NCBI GenBank assembly: GCA_016282095.1
Contig: JAEEJW010000013.1
Span: 15,411-79,410 of the forward strand
Reading direction: 5' to 3'
Source of the DNA: Ruminiclostridium sp.
GTDB lineage: Bacteria; Bacillota; Clostridia; Oscillospirales; Ruminococcaceae
DNA: 64,000 nt
The notes under the pieces were generated by a model, which was given only the letters and a program-made list of their open reading frames with translations, had not been told where the DNA came from and did no database searches. Positions within the stretch are counted from its first letter, which is position 1. Every line of letters begins with the position of its first letter. The translations under genes and the position numbers were made by a program. Positions 27,715 to 37,873 of this stretch are shown piece by piece.

Positions 27715-28551
27715 TTATTTCAGCAGCTTTGTGCTGACGAGAGCGTCGAAATCCTCGTTTCTGAGAGCTTCCGCAGAAACGGCTATGAGCGCGTCCAGGC
27801 GCTTTCTGCTGCCGCGGAGTTTCACCGTTACACTGTCCGGCAGAAAAGCCGCGGCAAGCGAAGTTCCTGCTGCCGTAGTCATCGGTATCAGTCTTATCCC
27901 TGTCACATCGTCAGTGCCGCCGTTGTCAAGATAAGCCCGGACATTCTGCGGAAGAACCGGTCCGGCAGCCTCCGCCCTGCATAATATCACCGGTCTTCCG
28001 GTAAAGTAGTCCCGCAGGAAATTGCCGCTGTCAGCTATTGCCGAGAGTACAGCAGTTCTGCCGCCGTATCTTACCGTAAGCTCGACCCGTCCGCTGCCGG
28101 CAGAGCTGTCCGTGTAGCGTCTCCACATAAGCAGTACGCCGTATATCACCGCGGATGATATCACGAGTACAAGCGCCGAGACATTCATATATGCGTAACC
28201 GTTGGCAGAAAAGATGAAATCCGTCCCCGAAAGCCCGTGTATAAGTGCCGCCGCTCCTCCGACAAGCATACTTACCGTGATACAGAGCAACGAGCGCAGA
28301 GCCGTATCACGCAGCGACCCGAAGCCGAACGCCGCAAACACTATTGCCGCAGTGAGGACGGCTTTTAGCGCCAGTGACGCTGCCGTCGGTATTTCCAGCA
28401 AAGCCGCGAGCGATGTTATCCCGCCAAGGATCGATGCAAGAGTGAGCCGGAACACCGCAAGCCGTGTGTGCAGAAGCCCGGAGACTGCCCGGAGTGTGAA
28501 ATAAGTTATGTATATGTTAATTACGATGAGTACATCTATGTAGACGATCAT
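27715..28551 (-). CDS. spoIIGA: sigma-E processing peptidase SpoIIGA
   Basis: [18 protein letters not shown].. with five N-terminal TM helices, in the canonical position upstream of sigE. ATG 28551 is preferred over the ORF-track start 28611. Confidence 0.75.
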   Translation of the reverse strand: MIVYIDVLIVINIYITYFTLRAVSGLLHTRLAVFRLTLASILGGITSLAALLEIPTAASLALKAVLTAAIVFAAFGFGSLRDTALRSLLCITVSMLVGGAAALIHGLSGTDFIFSANGYAYMNVSALVLVISSAVIYGVLLMWRRYTDSSAGSGRVELTVRYGGRTAVLSAIADSGNFLRDYFTGRPVILCRAEAAGPVLPQNVRAYLDNGGTDDVTGIRLIPMTTAAGTSLAAAFLPDSVTVKLRGSRKRLDALIAVSAEALRNEDFDALVSTKLLK

Positions 28552-28687
28552 TCCGAACGCCCCGCTTTCGCTGATAATTATACTACTTCCCGGCCGTGAA
28601 TAATGTCGCATTATAACAGCGAAACAGCTGTTATACTGTAATTATTTGTGGAAAATATCAAATTTATCGGATTTTTTGAAAAAATAC

Positions 28688-28714
28688 TAAAGTTTTCCCA
28701 AAATCTGCCGATAT
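28688..28714 (+). promoter_or_regulatory. SigD/FliA (sigma-28) type promoter
   Basis: TAAA (28688-28691), exactly 15 nt, GCCGATAT (28707-28714). This equals the Bacillus SigD consensus TAAA-N15-GCCGATAT and lies 52 nt upstream of ATG 28767. Confidence 0.6.
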
Positions 28715-28766
28715 AATATATGGTAAGAAATCCGTAATTGTCTATATTACGAAAGAGGCGATATAT

Positions 28767-29864
28767 ATGAGTGATATAAATATTCTTTATCCGGCAGTAT
28801 CCGACAATGTCCGGATGTCACGCATGACAATGCAGGCAAATACAAGAGCGACGGAAAAAGAAAACGAGGCTGCGTCAACACAGAGCCTCGTGAAATCGTA
28901 TTTTGATTCGTTGAGAGAACGCTCGGACGGTGAAGCAAAGAAGCTGCTCGAGGACCTCGAGAACACGCAGCTTTCGCAGATGACCAAGATGTTCACCGAT
29001 TTGCAGAGCTCCACCGTGGATAATACCAGCAGGCTGTTTGAAGATCTGCGTATCAAGCCCACCGACGAAGCAAGCGCACTTGCGGGAGCTATGAAGCCCC
29101 CGGCTTCCGACAATACGGACGCGGCTGTAAAGGCAGCGGCAATGAACGTCACCGGCGAAGCGGATAAGGCAGATGCTTCTGAAAAAACAGAAAAAACTGC
29201 CGCGACCCTCAACATCACAGACAAAGCCCGCGAGAACAAGGTTGACGAAACGGACAAGACTGACGAGCGCGACAAGACCGACGAGGTCGATGACGGTGAT
29301 CTGACCGAAAACACGCTTGCGAAGTACGTCAGAAAGCTCACTGAGAAGGATCAGGTCTCGGCGGACAACGAAAAACTGAATGATATTACCGCCAGAACGC
29401 TTGAAACGGTGCAGAAGACAAAGCAGTCGTTCTTCCGCAGCCCAGAGACCGGCGAGATAGACCGCGGCGGCGCATTCAACGCGGCTGAGGATTTCGTGAA
29501 GAGCTATAATTCCTTTGCGAACGACATAGCAGGTTCCCAGAACAACACCGTCGCAGGAAAATCCGACTTCATAAACGGCATGACCATATCATTCCGCCCT
29601 AAACTCGAAAGAGCGGGCATCGAACAGAATGAGAACGGCGAACTCGAAGTTAACAAAGAACAGTTCGAGAAAGCCTCGGACAAGGACCTTGAAGGCGCAT
29701 TCGGCAAAAAAGACTCCTTCGCCGATTTCATCGAGGGTCAGGCGAAACAGCTCGCCGCTTATGCCCAGACCGACCTGTATCAGCGCTCCAGCGCCTATTC
29801 CGACTCCGGCAACATCACACAGGTATCAAATATCAACGGCATCTACTTCAATATGTTAGGTTAA
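28767..29864 (+). CDS. hypothetical acidic protein, putative flagellar-regulon member
   Basis: 365 aa with no signal peptide or TM helix and a D/E/K/T-rich, probably disordered centre. RBS AGAGG. I recognised no family. The call rests on the sigma-28-type promoter. Confidence 0.5.
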   Translation: MSDINILYPAVSDNVRMSRMTMQANTRATEKENEAASTQSLVKSYFDSLRERSDGEAKKLLEDLENTQLSQMTKMFTDLQSSTVDNTSRLFEDLRIKPTDEASALAGAMKPPASDNTDAAVKAAAMNVTGEADKADASEKTEKTAATLNITDKARENKVDETDKTDERDKTDEVDDGDLTENTLAKYVRKLTEKDQVSADNEKLNDITARTLETVQKTKQSFFRSPETGEIDRGGAFNAAEDFVKSYNSFANDIAGSQNNTVAGKSDFINGMTISFRPKLERAGIEQNENGELEVNKEQFEKASDKDLEGAFGKKDSFADFIEGQAKQLAAYAQTDLYQRSSAYSDSGNITQVSNINGIYFNMLG

Positions 29865-29867
29865 GCA

Positions 29868-30087
29868 GCCGCTTACGCCTGAGCCCGGGCTTTGGCACGG
29901 TACCAACATTGTTGAGCTGTCCGTTACATTCAAAACAGACAAGTCCCTGACTCACAAACACAAAAACTGCTCCTATTGACTACAATAGGAGCAGATTTCT
30001 TTTTATTTACAGCGCAGCGGTCGGAGTTTTTTGAAAGGGGGGCTGGACGAAGCAGCGATTGACCGCACGAAACCCGCAAGCTGCCGG
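29868..30087. repeat. dispersed MITE-like intergenic repeat, copy B
   Basis: End module GCCGCTTACGCCTGAGCCCGGG (29868-29889). GGCACGGTACC.. and ..CAAGTCCCTGACTCACAAACACAAAAA are shared with copy D. Hairpin CTGCTCCTATTG..CAATAGGAGCAG (29967-29994). GTTTTTTGAAAGGGGGGCTGG (30026-30046) is shared with copy C. Confidence 0.55.
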
Positions 30088-32673
30088 TTAATCACCGCAG
30101 GGTTCGAACTCGAAGACATCATCGTCGCTGCCGCCTGCCGGGAATTCCAGGACTTCATCATCGAAGCCGGAGTCGGAACCCGAACCGTTCTCTTCACATT
30201 CAAGCAGCGCCGCAAGGCCGTCGGTAAAGGCACGGTACTTCTTCATCAGCGCAGGATGGTTCTCACGGACAAAGTCCTCATTGCCCTCTTTGGCAGCAAA
30301 TTCGAGAGCGCGGGCATCCTCCGAAAGGCTCATATTTCCAACCATTTTAGACGTACTTTTCAGAGCATGGACAAGTATCTCATAGTCCGGAATATTGTCT
30401 TTTTTCAGCGCTTTCTCCATTAAAGTACGCTTTCCTACACTCTCCGAAGCGAACTGGATCAGCAGGGTCCGGTAGAAATCCTCATCGCCCTGGCAGTAGT
30501 GGAGTCCCTGATCCGGGTCTGCACCGAGCTCACGAAGTTTCGAACAAAAGTCGTCTTCCTGCTTCTGTTCCGGCTCCGGAACCGCTTCCACAGGCTTCGG
30601 TCCCGCTGCGGCATTCGGCTTCACATAAGTGACCAGTGACAGCGGAAGTACTCTCTTCAGCACTCTCTCCAGCTCAACCAGCTCTATCGGCTTGCTGACA
30701 AAGCCGTCAAAGCCTTCGGCAAGGAACATCTCCTTGGCAGTGCTGACGGCATTTGCAGTCAGCGCGACCACAGGCAGGTCATTTCGGAGCCTTGCAGCAT
30801 CGGAGCGTATCCGTTTCATAGTCTCAACACCGTCCATGCCGGGCATCATGTGATCCATGAACACGATATCGAAACGTTTCTCACGGCACTTTTCAAGGGC
30901 TTCGAGGCCTGAGTCCGCAGTCGTTACATTCATTCCGTAACGGCCGAAAATGCTCTTCGCCACAGTAAGATTCATGGGCTCATCGTCCACTACGAGAGCT
31001 TCAACACCGTCACAGCGCATAACGCCCTCTTCATCCGGTTCGTCATCGATCGTGATGTTCAGTATAGAAGCTACGGGGAAGCAGTAGAACGGCTTCTCCA
31101 TGATGTGCGCCTTTGAGTCTTCCGGCAGCGTGAATTTGCTGTCCGCTACGATGACAACCATCATCTCTTTAGCCAGCTTTTCCATGAGATCGATATTGCT
31201 GAGATACTCGGCATCAGCGACAAACAGATGCGTGAGCTTGACCGAATCAAGCAGCTTTCTCAGGTTTTCGACATTGTCGACGCGGTGCATACGCACATTC
31301 AGACCGCTGACTATGTTTTTTACCATTATGTTGTAGTATTCCCGGACATTGGGGTCCGCGAATTTTTCAAAATGCAGGAACGCTCCCAGGCACAGCCTTT
31401 CCCTGTCAGCCACGGACATACAGCCTGTGTTGTCCACTACCTTCTGCGGTATGCTGACATGGACTGTGGTACCGTTGTCAGGCGAGCTTTTCAGTGTCAT
31501 AAATCCGCCGAGCGAGGACACAAAACCCGACACTATCGCCATACCAAGACCGAGACCGCCGCTGGAGCGGGTACGGCTGGAGTTGGCCTGATAGAAACGT
31601 TCGGAAATACGCTCTATCTCTTCCTCGCTCATTCCTATTCCGGTATCGGTGACCTCGATGCACAGGTTCACACCGTAATCCTGCGGCACGGCGGAGATCC
31701 GCACATATACACCGCCCTCACGGGTATATTTCAGACCGTTTATTATAAGGTGGCTGAGTATCTTTTTCAGCTTGCCTACATCTGTGTTCATCGACGTGGG
31801 GATAGCCGGATCAACGTCTATGACGAGCTCAAGGTTTTCGGGCTTGTGCGGACGCAGCTCCGCCACGAGATCGTTGAGCACCGAAGCTATCATATAGTCC
31901 TCGCAGTTATTGGCGAGTTTGCTGCGGTCTATCTCGGAATAATCAAGGATATCGCTTATCTGTTCGGCGACTCTCTTGCCCGCGTCGCGTACCGCTATCA
32001 TATCCGTGCGTATCTCGTTGTCGGTCTCCTTGTCGATGCATATTCCCGAAAGGCCTATTACTGCATTTATCGGGGTACGCAGTTCATGTGAAACGTTGGC
32101 AAGGAAGTCATTCAGCCTGTCAGTGGCATCTGTGAGCTGTTCGATCTCGGAATGGGACTTGTTCAGCACCTGGTTCCACTTATCTATTATGACCTTTGCG
32201 ATCCACCCTACCATGAAGATCATAGCGATATGCAGGAGAATACGGGTTATCAGAAGGCTGTCGAACTCCTGCTCTGCGGTGATCATCTGCCATACCTCAT
32301 ACGACATTGTAAGGAAGTATGTGACCTGACAAAGGGTTATCAGCGCCTTTATACCCGTCATGGTGTAGAGGGTTATCACCGCCGTCATGACCACGGCAAG
32401 GTCGAAAGTACTGGTCTGATGCACTCCGTAGAAGAAGAAGGTACACATCATGAGGATCGAGCAGATCCATAACCTCTGATTATCCTTGAAACTCTGACGG
32501 ATGTGCATGACCCAGCTTACGCCGACACCGGCTATAATAAGCAGGAGCGGCCATTTCTCCCACCCCATGAGCAATGACTCGCCGATCAGGATAGAAGAGA
32601 AGATAGTGTAGCTTATCAGCATCATCAGGTGGGACGCCTGAAAAAGCTCGTTGTTTTCCGTGTTTGTTTTCAT
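30088..32673 (-). CDS. hybrid sensor histidine kinase (multi-TM sensor, HisKA, HATPase, pseudo-receiver-like linker, REC, HPt)
   Basis: Six N-terminal TM helices. H-box SHELRTPINAV, G-box GGLGLGMAIV, receiver VVDDEPMNL..FMDHMMPGMDG, and a C-terminal HPt-like helical domain (..HALKSTSKMVG). Confidence 0.85.
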   Translation of the reverse strand: MKTNTENNELFQASHLMMLISYTIFSSILIGESLLMGWEKWPLLLIIAGVGVSWVMHIRQSFKDNQRLWICSILMMCTFFFYGVHQTSTFDLAVVMTAVITLYTMTGIKALITLCQVTYFLTMSYEVWQMITAEQEFDSLLITRILLHIAMIFMVGWIAKVIIDKWNQVLNKSHSEIEQLTDATDRLNDFLANVSHELRTPINAVIGLSGICIDKETDNEIRTDMIAVRDAGKRVAEQISDILDYSEIDRSKLANNCEDYMIASVLNDLVAELRPHKPENLELVIDVDPAIPTSMNTDVGKLKKILSHLIINGLKYTREGGVYVRISAVPQDYGVNLCIEVTDTGIGMSEEEIERISERFYQANSSRTRSSGGLGLGMAIVSGFVSSLGGFMTLKSSPDNGTTVHVSIPQKVVDNTGCMSVADRERLCLGAFLHFEKFADPNVREYYNIMVKNIVSGLNVRMHRVDNVENLRKLLDSVKLTHLFVADAEYLSNIDLMEKLAKEMMVVIVADSKFTLPEDSKAHIMEKPFYCFPVASILNITIDDEPDEEGVMRCDGVEALVVDDEPMNLTVAKSIFGRYGMNVTTADSGLEALEKCREKRFDIVFMDHMMPGMDGVETMKRIRSDAARLRNDLPVVALTANAVSTAKEMFLAEGFDGFVSKPIELVELERVLKRVLPLSLVTYVKPNAAAGPKPVEAVPEPEQKQEDDFCSKLRELGADPDQGLHYCQGDEDFYRTLLIQFASESVGKRTLMEKALKKDNIPDYEILVHALKSTSKMVGNMSLSEDARALEFAAKEGNEDFVRENHPALMKKYRAFTDGLAALLECEENGSGSDSGFDDEVLEFPAGGSDDDVFEFEPCGD

Positions 32674-32674
32674 T

Positions 32675-35038
32675 TTATTGTTCCCTCATTTTATAATCAA
32701 CGTCCTCGCTGATCATATCGAGCATAATGCCCGCGAATTTCGGGTCAAACTGTGTACTCATGCCGCGTTCTATCTCCGATCTCACATATTCCTGAGAAAG
32801 AGGATCACGATAGCTTCTGTGGCTGGTCATGGCATCGTAGGCGTCCGCGACTGCGATTATTCTTGCCTCCTCCGGTATATCCTCGCCGGCGAGCCTGTCG
32901 GGATAGCCTCTGCCGTCATATCTTTCATGATGCCAGCGCGCACCGGTAGCGAGTTTTGGCATCTCTTTTATATTCTGAAGTATGCGTGCTCCCATTACGG
33001 GGTGATGCTTTATGAGATCGTACTCCTCTTCGGTCAGCTTCGCAGGCTTGTTTATGACGGCATCGGGGATGCCTATCTTGCCGACATCATGCAGCAGAGC
33101 CATGAGGTATATGTCGCCCTGCTCCTGTATCGAGTAGCCGGAGCGCTTCGCTATCTCGCGCGAATACCGCGCCACTCTGTCCGAATGACCGTTTGTATAA
33201 GTATCCTTCGCGTCGATAGCGTCCGCGAGGGAATGGACTACGTTGAGCAGCAGGCTCTTGTTCTCCTCGGTCTTCTTATCCACTTCGTCGCTCAGACGGC
33301 GCTGGAGACTTATGAGTTCAAGTATATGCTGTACGCGCAGCAGCATTATTTCCGGCACGAACGGCTTCTTGATGAAATCCATGGCACCGATGGACAGGCC
33401 TTTGCTCTCCGCCTCGGAGCTTTCGTCCGCGGTAAGGAAAATGACCGGTATCATGGCTACATCGCGCTCCATGCGGTGTAGTTTGTCCATTACCTCAAAG
33501 CCGTCCATTTCCGGCATCTTTATATCGAGAAGTATCAGGTCGGGTATATTTTTCTCAACATACTGAAGCAGCTCGCGCCCCGAAGAGAACGCGGTCACTT
33601 TATAACCCTCCCTGCCCAGCACATGACTCGCGACACGGCGGTTCGTAAGGTCGTCGTCCACCACGACTATATTGCTTTCTGTAAAAGGTCTGACCGGCAT
33701 TCCCTCTTTGCCTATGAACTCCACTTCATAAGTCACGTCCACATCGTTGCCGAACTTTTCGCCCCACCTCTGCATCAGGTTATTCATCACCTTGGGGATG
33801 GCGGCCTCACGGATATCGGTAAGGAAAATGAAATACTGATTGAAGCGGCTACGCATCAGGATATCGGATTTACGCAGGGACTCGCGGATATGGTTGCCCA
33901 TTTCATCACAGCGATCCTTGTATACCTCGTCCTGTATACCTGAAGTATTCGTCAGTGTCAGAAGTATCTTGCACGCTGTACGCCTGTTGCGGATGGTGTA
34001 GCGCATAATATAGCGGTAAACGTATGAGAAGGCTTCTTTGTCGAGCTGGAGTGCAACGTCCGGTATGGTGCGCTCACCGAGAATGGCGGACAGCATACCG
34101 ATATCGAGCTCCTTGACGCTGGCTTCGTCGTCGTTGAACTGATCTGCGCGATAAACGGAGAAGCCGTGTTTGCCATTCTGCTTTACCGAGTAGAGCGCCT
34201 TGTCCGCGAGCTTGAGCAGAGCGTTATAGTCGTTGCCGTGTCTCGGTACGAATACGGCACCTATTGATGTTCCCAGCGGGATATCCATATCCTCGCCCAT
34301 CAGCCGCTTCGCGTCCGCGACAAGCTCTTCATTGAGGCGTGTTGTCAGTGCCTTTACCTCTTCCTCGGTCAGCATATTCATACCGAACGCCACAAACTCG
34401 TCGCCGCCTACTCTGGCACACTTACTGCCCGCCGGAACAGCCGCGGCGATTATCTTCGAGAAGCTGATAAGTACCTTGTCGCCCATTTCGTGTCCATAGA
34501 TGTCGTTGACCAGTTTGAACGAGTCAAGGTCGATCATCATCAGCGCACCCTTCTGCATAGCGCAGATCCGTGACATTTCGACACCGGCAGCGCCCTTGTT
34601 CAGAAAACCCGTAAGACGGTCTGTTGTCGCCTCGGTCTTGAGGCTCATCATCTTTTCCTGCTTGGAGACTATGTTGTTTATACGGCGCAGCAGCACGTCC
34701 GGGCTGAAAGGCTTATGTATGTAGTCGGACACGCCGACCTCAAAGCCGCGGCTCTCGGTGTCGGCATCCTCGTTGGCCGTAAGGAAGATAACGGGTATCT
34801 CTTCCCTGCCGAGCTCCTTTTCCAGCCTGCGCAGATGTTTCAGCGCTTCGAAGCCGTCCATTTCCGGCATCTTTATATCGAGAAGTATCAGGTCGGGCGA
34901 CTCATGCGTTTTTATGTAATCAAGCATGGAACGCCCCGATTTCAGCGCCGTGACACGCATATTGTTCTTGCTCAGTATGTGTCCCGCCATTTGCAGATTG
35001 GCGGTGTCGTCGTCTACCACCATTATCCAGTTTGCCAT
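32675..35038 (-). CDS. response regulator with REC-GGDEF-(unknown about 170 aa)-REC-HD-GYP architecture
   Basis: Two receiver domains (VVDDD..LLDIKMPEMDGFE occurs twice). GGDEF (RVGGDEFVAFG). HD-GYP (HSDRVA, LLHDVGKIGIP, HHERYDGRGYP). Its stop is 1 nt from the kinase ATG. Confidence 0.85.
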   Translation of the reverse strand: MANWIMVVDDDTANLQMAGHILSKNNMRVTALKSGRSMLDYIKTHESPDLILLDIKMPEMDGFEALKHLRRLEKELGREEIPVIFLTANEDADTESRGFEVGVSDYIHKPFSPDVLLRRINNIVSKQEKMMSLKTEATTDRLTGFLNKGAAGVEMSRICAMQKGALMMIDLDSFKLVNDIYGHEMGDKVLISFSKIIAAAVPAGSKCARVGGDEFVAFGMNMLTEEEVKALTTRLNEELVADAKRLMGEDMDIPLGTSIGAVFVPRHGNDYNALLKLADKALYSVKQNGKHGFSVYRADQFNDDEASVKELDIGMLSAILGERTIPDVALQLDKEAFSYVYRYIMRYTIRNRRTACKILLTLTNTSGIQDEVYKDRCDEMGNHIRESLRKSDILMRSRFNQYFIFLTDIREAAIPKVMNNLMQRWGEKFGNDVDVTYEVEFIGKEGMPVRPFTESNIVVVDDDLTNRRVASHVLGREGYKVTAFSSGRELLQYVEKNIPDLILLDIKMPEMDGFEVMDKLHRMERDVAMIPVIFLTADESSEAESKGLSIGAMDFIKKPFVPEIMLLRVQHILELISLQRRLSDEVDKKTEENKSLLLNVVHSLADAIDAKDTYTNGHSDRVARYSREIAKRSGYSIQEQGDIYLMALLHDVGKIGIPDAVINKPAKLTEEEYDLIKHHPVMGARILQNIKEMPKLATGARWHHERYDGRGYPDRLAGEDIPEEARIIAVADAYDAMTSHRSYRDPLSQEYVRSEIERGMSTQFDPKFAGIMLDMISEDVDYKMREQ

Positions 35039-35173
35039 ATTATCAATCCGCGCCCTTCACGAGCCGCGGCTCCTTTCCTTCTTTATTTCACCGAAACCAA
35101 ATGTTATACATATTTTATTATATCACAAAATCTTTATTTTGTAAATCGAAATATTAAAAAAACACAGAAAAAA

Positions 35174-35346
35174 GCGCTCTGACGCTCAGAAACAAAAAAC
35201 AGCTTAGCAATCAAAAACTGCTCCTTATGACTAACATAAGGAGCAGTTTTCCTTCATGTTCAATAACGAAGTGGTCAACGTTTTTGAAAGGGGGGCTGGG
35301 GGGAAACTTTTCTCAAAAAGTTTTCTCCTGTCCCGGGCGTGAACGG
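35174..35346. repeat. dispersed MITE-like intergenic repeat, copy C (short form)
   Basis: GCGCTCTGACGCTCAG (35174-35189). Hairpin CTGCTCCTTATG..CATAAGGAGCAG (35218-35246). ATAACGAAGTGGTCAACGTTTTTGAAAGGGGGGCTGG. Hairpin GGGGGAAACTTTT..AAAAGTTTTCTCC (35298-35328). End module CCCGGGCGTGAACGG (35332-35346). Confidence 0.6.
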
Positions 35347-35350
35347 CTAT

Positions 35351-36103
35351 TTACAGATCCACTATCAGTTCTACGGGGCAATGGTCGCTGCCCTCGGTCT
35401 CGCTGTGGATTATCTGGTCTTTTACTTTCTGCATCAGGCGCTCTGACACGATGAAATAGTCTATGCGCCAACCCGCGTTGTTGCGGCGCGCATTGAAGCG
35501 GTACGACCACCATGTATAGGCTCCGGTCTTTTCGGGATACAGTCTGCGGAACGTATCCGCGAAACCTGCCCCAAGCAGCTCGGTCATCTTCCCACGCTCC
35601 TGATCGGAAAAGCCCGCGTTCCCGGCATTGGCTTTCGGGTTCTTGAGGTCTATCTCGTTATGAGCGACATTCAGGTCTCCGCAGTAGATCACAGGTTTCT
35701 TCTTGTCAAGCTCCGAAAGATAGCCGCGCATTGCATCCTCGAATTCCATGCGGTAATCTATGCGCAGCAGTCCGTCCTTGGCGTTCGGCACATAGCAGCA
35801 TACAAAAAAGAACTCATCATACTCGCAGGTTATGACTCTGCCCTCGTCGTTGTGCTCACCGTTGAGACCGTAGGTGACGTTCAGCGGCTCACGCTTTGTG
35901 TAGACAGCTGTACCGGAATAACCGGCTCTTTCGGCGCTGTTAAAGTATTTATAGTAGCCCTCGGGGGAGAAATCCGCCTGCTCCGGTTTCATTTTCGTTT
36001 CCTGAAGGCAGAAAATATCGGCGTCCGCAGCGTTGAAGAACTCCTCAAATCCCTTTTTCAGACAGGCACGGAATCCGTTTACGTTCCATGTGATTAATCT
36101 CAT
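35351..36103 (-). CDS. xth: exodeoxyribonuclease III
   Basis: MRLITWNVNGFRA.., CLQETK, GDLNVAHNEIDL, SDHCPV. Confidence 0.9.
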   Translation of the reverse strand: MRLITWNVNGFRACLKKGFEEFFNAADADIFCLQETKMKPEQADFSPEGYYKYFNSAERAGYSGTAVYTKREPLNVTYGLNGEHNDEGRVITCEYDEFFFVCCYVPNAKDGLLRIDYRMEFEDAMRGYLSELDKKKPVIYCGDLNVAHNEIDLKNPKANAGNAGFSDQERGKMTELLGAGFADTFRRLYPEKTGAYTWWSYRFNARRNNAGWRIDYFIVSERLMQKVKDQIIHSETEGSDHCPVELIVDL

Positions 36104-36183
36104 CTCAATGCTCCTTTAAGTATAAAAAGCCCCCTCCGTTCAGCCGTTCATGCGGCCAGACGGAAGGAGCATAATCCGTATGT

Positions 36184-36525
36184 TCAGCACATCTTTTCGG
36201 AGAGCTTTACGCCGCCGAGAAGATGAAAATGCAGATGCTTGACGGTCTGGCCGCCGTCGTCGCCGATGTTGGTGATGATGCGGTAGCCGCTTCCGAGTCC
36301 GTTTTCGGCTGCCAGCTTCTTCGCGACAAGCATTATGTCGCCGACTATGGGAGCCGAGGTCTCGTCAAGAGCGTTCACGCTCTCATAATGTGCTTTGGGG
36401 ATAATGAGTATATGTACAGGCGCCTGAGGATTGATATCCTTGAACGCGAGGAGCTTATCGTCCTCATAGACCTTTGCCGAGGGTATCTCACCCGCCGCTA
36501 TCTTACAGAAAATGCAGTCATTCAT
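36184..36525 (-). CDS. HIT family (histidine triad) nucleotide hydrolase
   Basis: MNDCIFCKI.. and HLHFHLLGG. ATG 36525 behind AGGAG overlaps the nrdR end. Confidence 0.85.
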   Translation of the reverse strand: MNDCIFCKIAAGEIPSAKVYEDDKLLAFKDINPQAPVHILIIPKAHYESVNALDETSAPIVGDIMLVAKKLAAENGLGSGYRIITNIGDDGGQTVKHLHFHLLGGVKLSEKMC

Positions 36526-36988
36526 CGCTCTTTTCTCCTTCTTCCTTAGTTTCAAGCTCGGAGATAATGCTTATGAAACTCTCCGCGCCGTCGAAGTCCT
36601 TGTAGACCGACGCAAATCGTATGTAAGCCACCTGATCGGTATTCTTCAGCTTTTCAAGCACCATATCGCCGATCTGACCTGAAGATACTTCCTTCTGGAG
36701 GTTATTTTTCAGGTCGCTTTCTATCTCATCGACCATATTCTCTATGCTCTCGTAGGTTATAGGGCGCTTTACCGTAGCCCTGCGGATCCGCTCCGCCAGT
36801 TTATCACGGTCGAATGGTTCTATGGAATGATCCTTCTTTACGACCATAAGCGGTACATCTTCAACTATCTCATAAGTCGTAAAACGAAATTTACATGACA
36901 GGCACTCACGCCTTCTGCGTATCCTGCCGTCCGTGGGTCTCGAATCTATGACCTTGCTGTCCTCAAATCCGCAATCCGGACATCTCAT
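36518..36988 (-). CDS. nrdR: transcriptional repressor NrdR
   Basis: MRCPDCGFEDSKVIDSRPT.. zinc ribbon (CxxC..CxxC) plus an ATP-cone. Confidence 0.9.
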   Translation of the reverse strand: MRCPDCGFEDSKVIDSRPTDGRIRRRRECLSCKFRFTTYEIVEDVPLMVVKKDHSIEPFDRDKLAERIRRATVKRPITYESIENMVDEIESDLKNNLQKEVSSGQIGDMVLEKLKNTDQVAYIRFASVYKDFDGAESFISIISELETKEEGEKSDE

Positions 36989-37106
36989 AGCCTGATCGCT
37001 CCTTTCACTTTGCGGTATCTTGTATTACTTATATTATTGTACCACAAAATATAGCAAAATGCAAGAATTTTTTTCAAATTCCGCATATTTTTTTACGGTC
37101 TGTATA

Positions 37107-37484
37107 TTACAGTCCGGCAATATTCCTTATTACCCACCAGCCGAGAAACATGACAAGGAATACTATATTCAGCCAGCCGGGCTTTATCATAAAGTCCGCT
37201 TTCCCGGTACGCAGATATGCGGCTGAGGCGTAGACTGCCGCATAGCCGACGTACAGCATTTCAGGAATGAACATATAGTTGCTGCGCAGAGCTTCAACGA
37301 ACCGGAAATGAAAAGCATTAATCACAAAGCCCGTATTTCCGCATCCGGGACATTTCAGCCCTGTTATTTTCCTGAATATGCATGGCAGCGAGATATTGAA
37401 GCCGAGCACAATGACCGCATAGGCCCCAAGCACTGCCGCGATGACCGCATACACGAGCAGGAGTTTTTTTACTCTTTCATTCAT
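37107..37484 (-). CDS. DUF2752-like membrane protein
   Basis: ITGLKCPGCGNTG motif between TM helices. ATG 37484 (MNERVKK) is preferred. Confidence 0.5.
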   Translation of the reverse strand: MNERVKKLLLVYAVIAAVLGAYAVIVLGFNISLPCIFRKITGLKCPGCGNTGFVINAFHFRFVEALRSNYMFIPEMLYVGYAAVYASAAYLRTGKADFMIKPGWLNIVFLVMFLGWWVIRNIAGL

Positions 37485-37534
37485 ATCATCAAAAACAAGA
37501 AAGGTCTGCCGGCAAGGCAGACCCTTCACGGAGA

Positions 37535-37873
37535 TTATGCAGGCATATTGTTCATTTCGTTCTGAACGAGCGCCATTGTAACGATCGGGCAGATGATGGA
37601 GAATACAACGTAGAGGACCTTGTCGTCCTTTGCGGGAAGCCCCTTCTGTGCTCTTATCTCGTTGAGGTTATCGGCAGCGTTGATACCGAAGAAGATCTCA
37701 CCTACATAGAAGAAGAGAAGAACGAACTGGATAACAGGCTCAAGGTTGCCTATGCTCTTTCCTCCTGCTTTGTAAAGATCGTTGATAGCGCCCCAATACC
37801 ATACAAGTGCGTAGATGCCGCAGGTAACGATCGAAAGGATTATTACCAGAGCGACGGATTTCTGCTTGAACAT
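37535..37873 (-). CDS. DUF4234-like small membrane protein
   Basis: LSIVTCGIYALVWYW motif; 112 aa with 3 TM helices. Confidence 0.5.
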   Translation of the reverse strand: MFKQKSVALVIILSIVTCGIYALVWYWGAINDLYKAGGKSIGNLEPVIQFVLLFFYVGEIFFGINAADNLNEIRAQKGLPAKDDKVLYVVFSIICPIVTMALVQNEMNNMPA

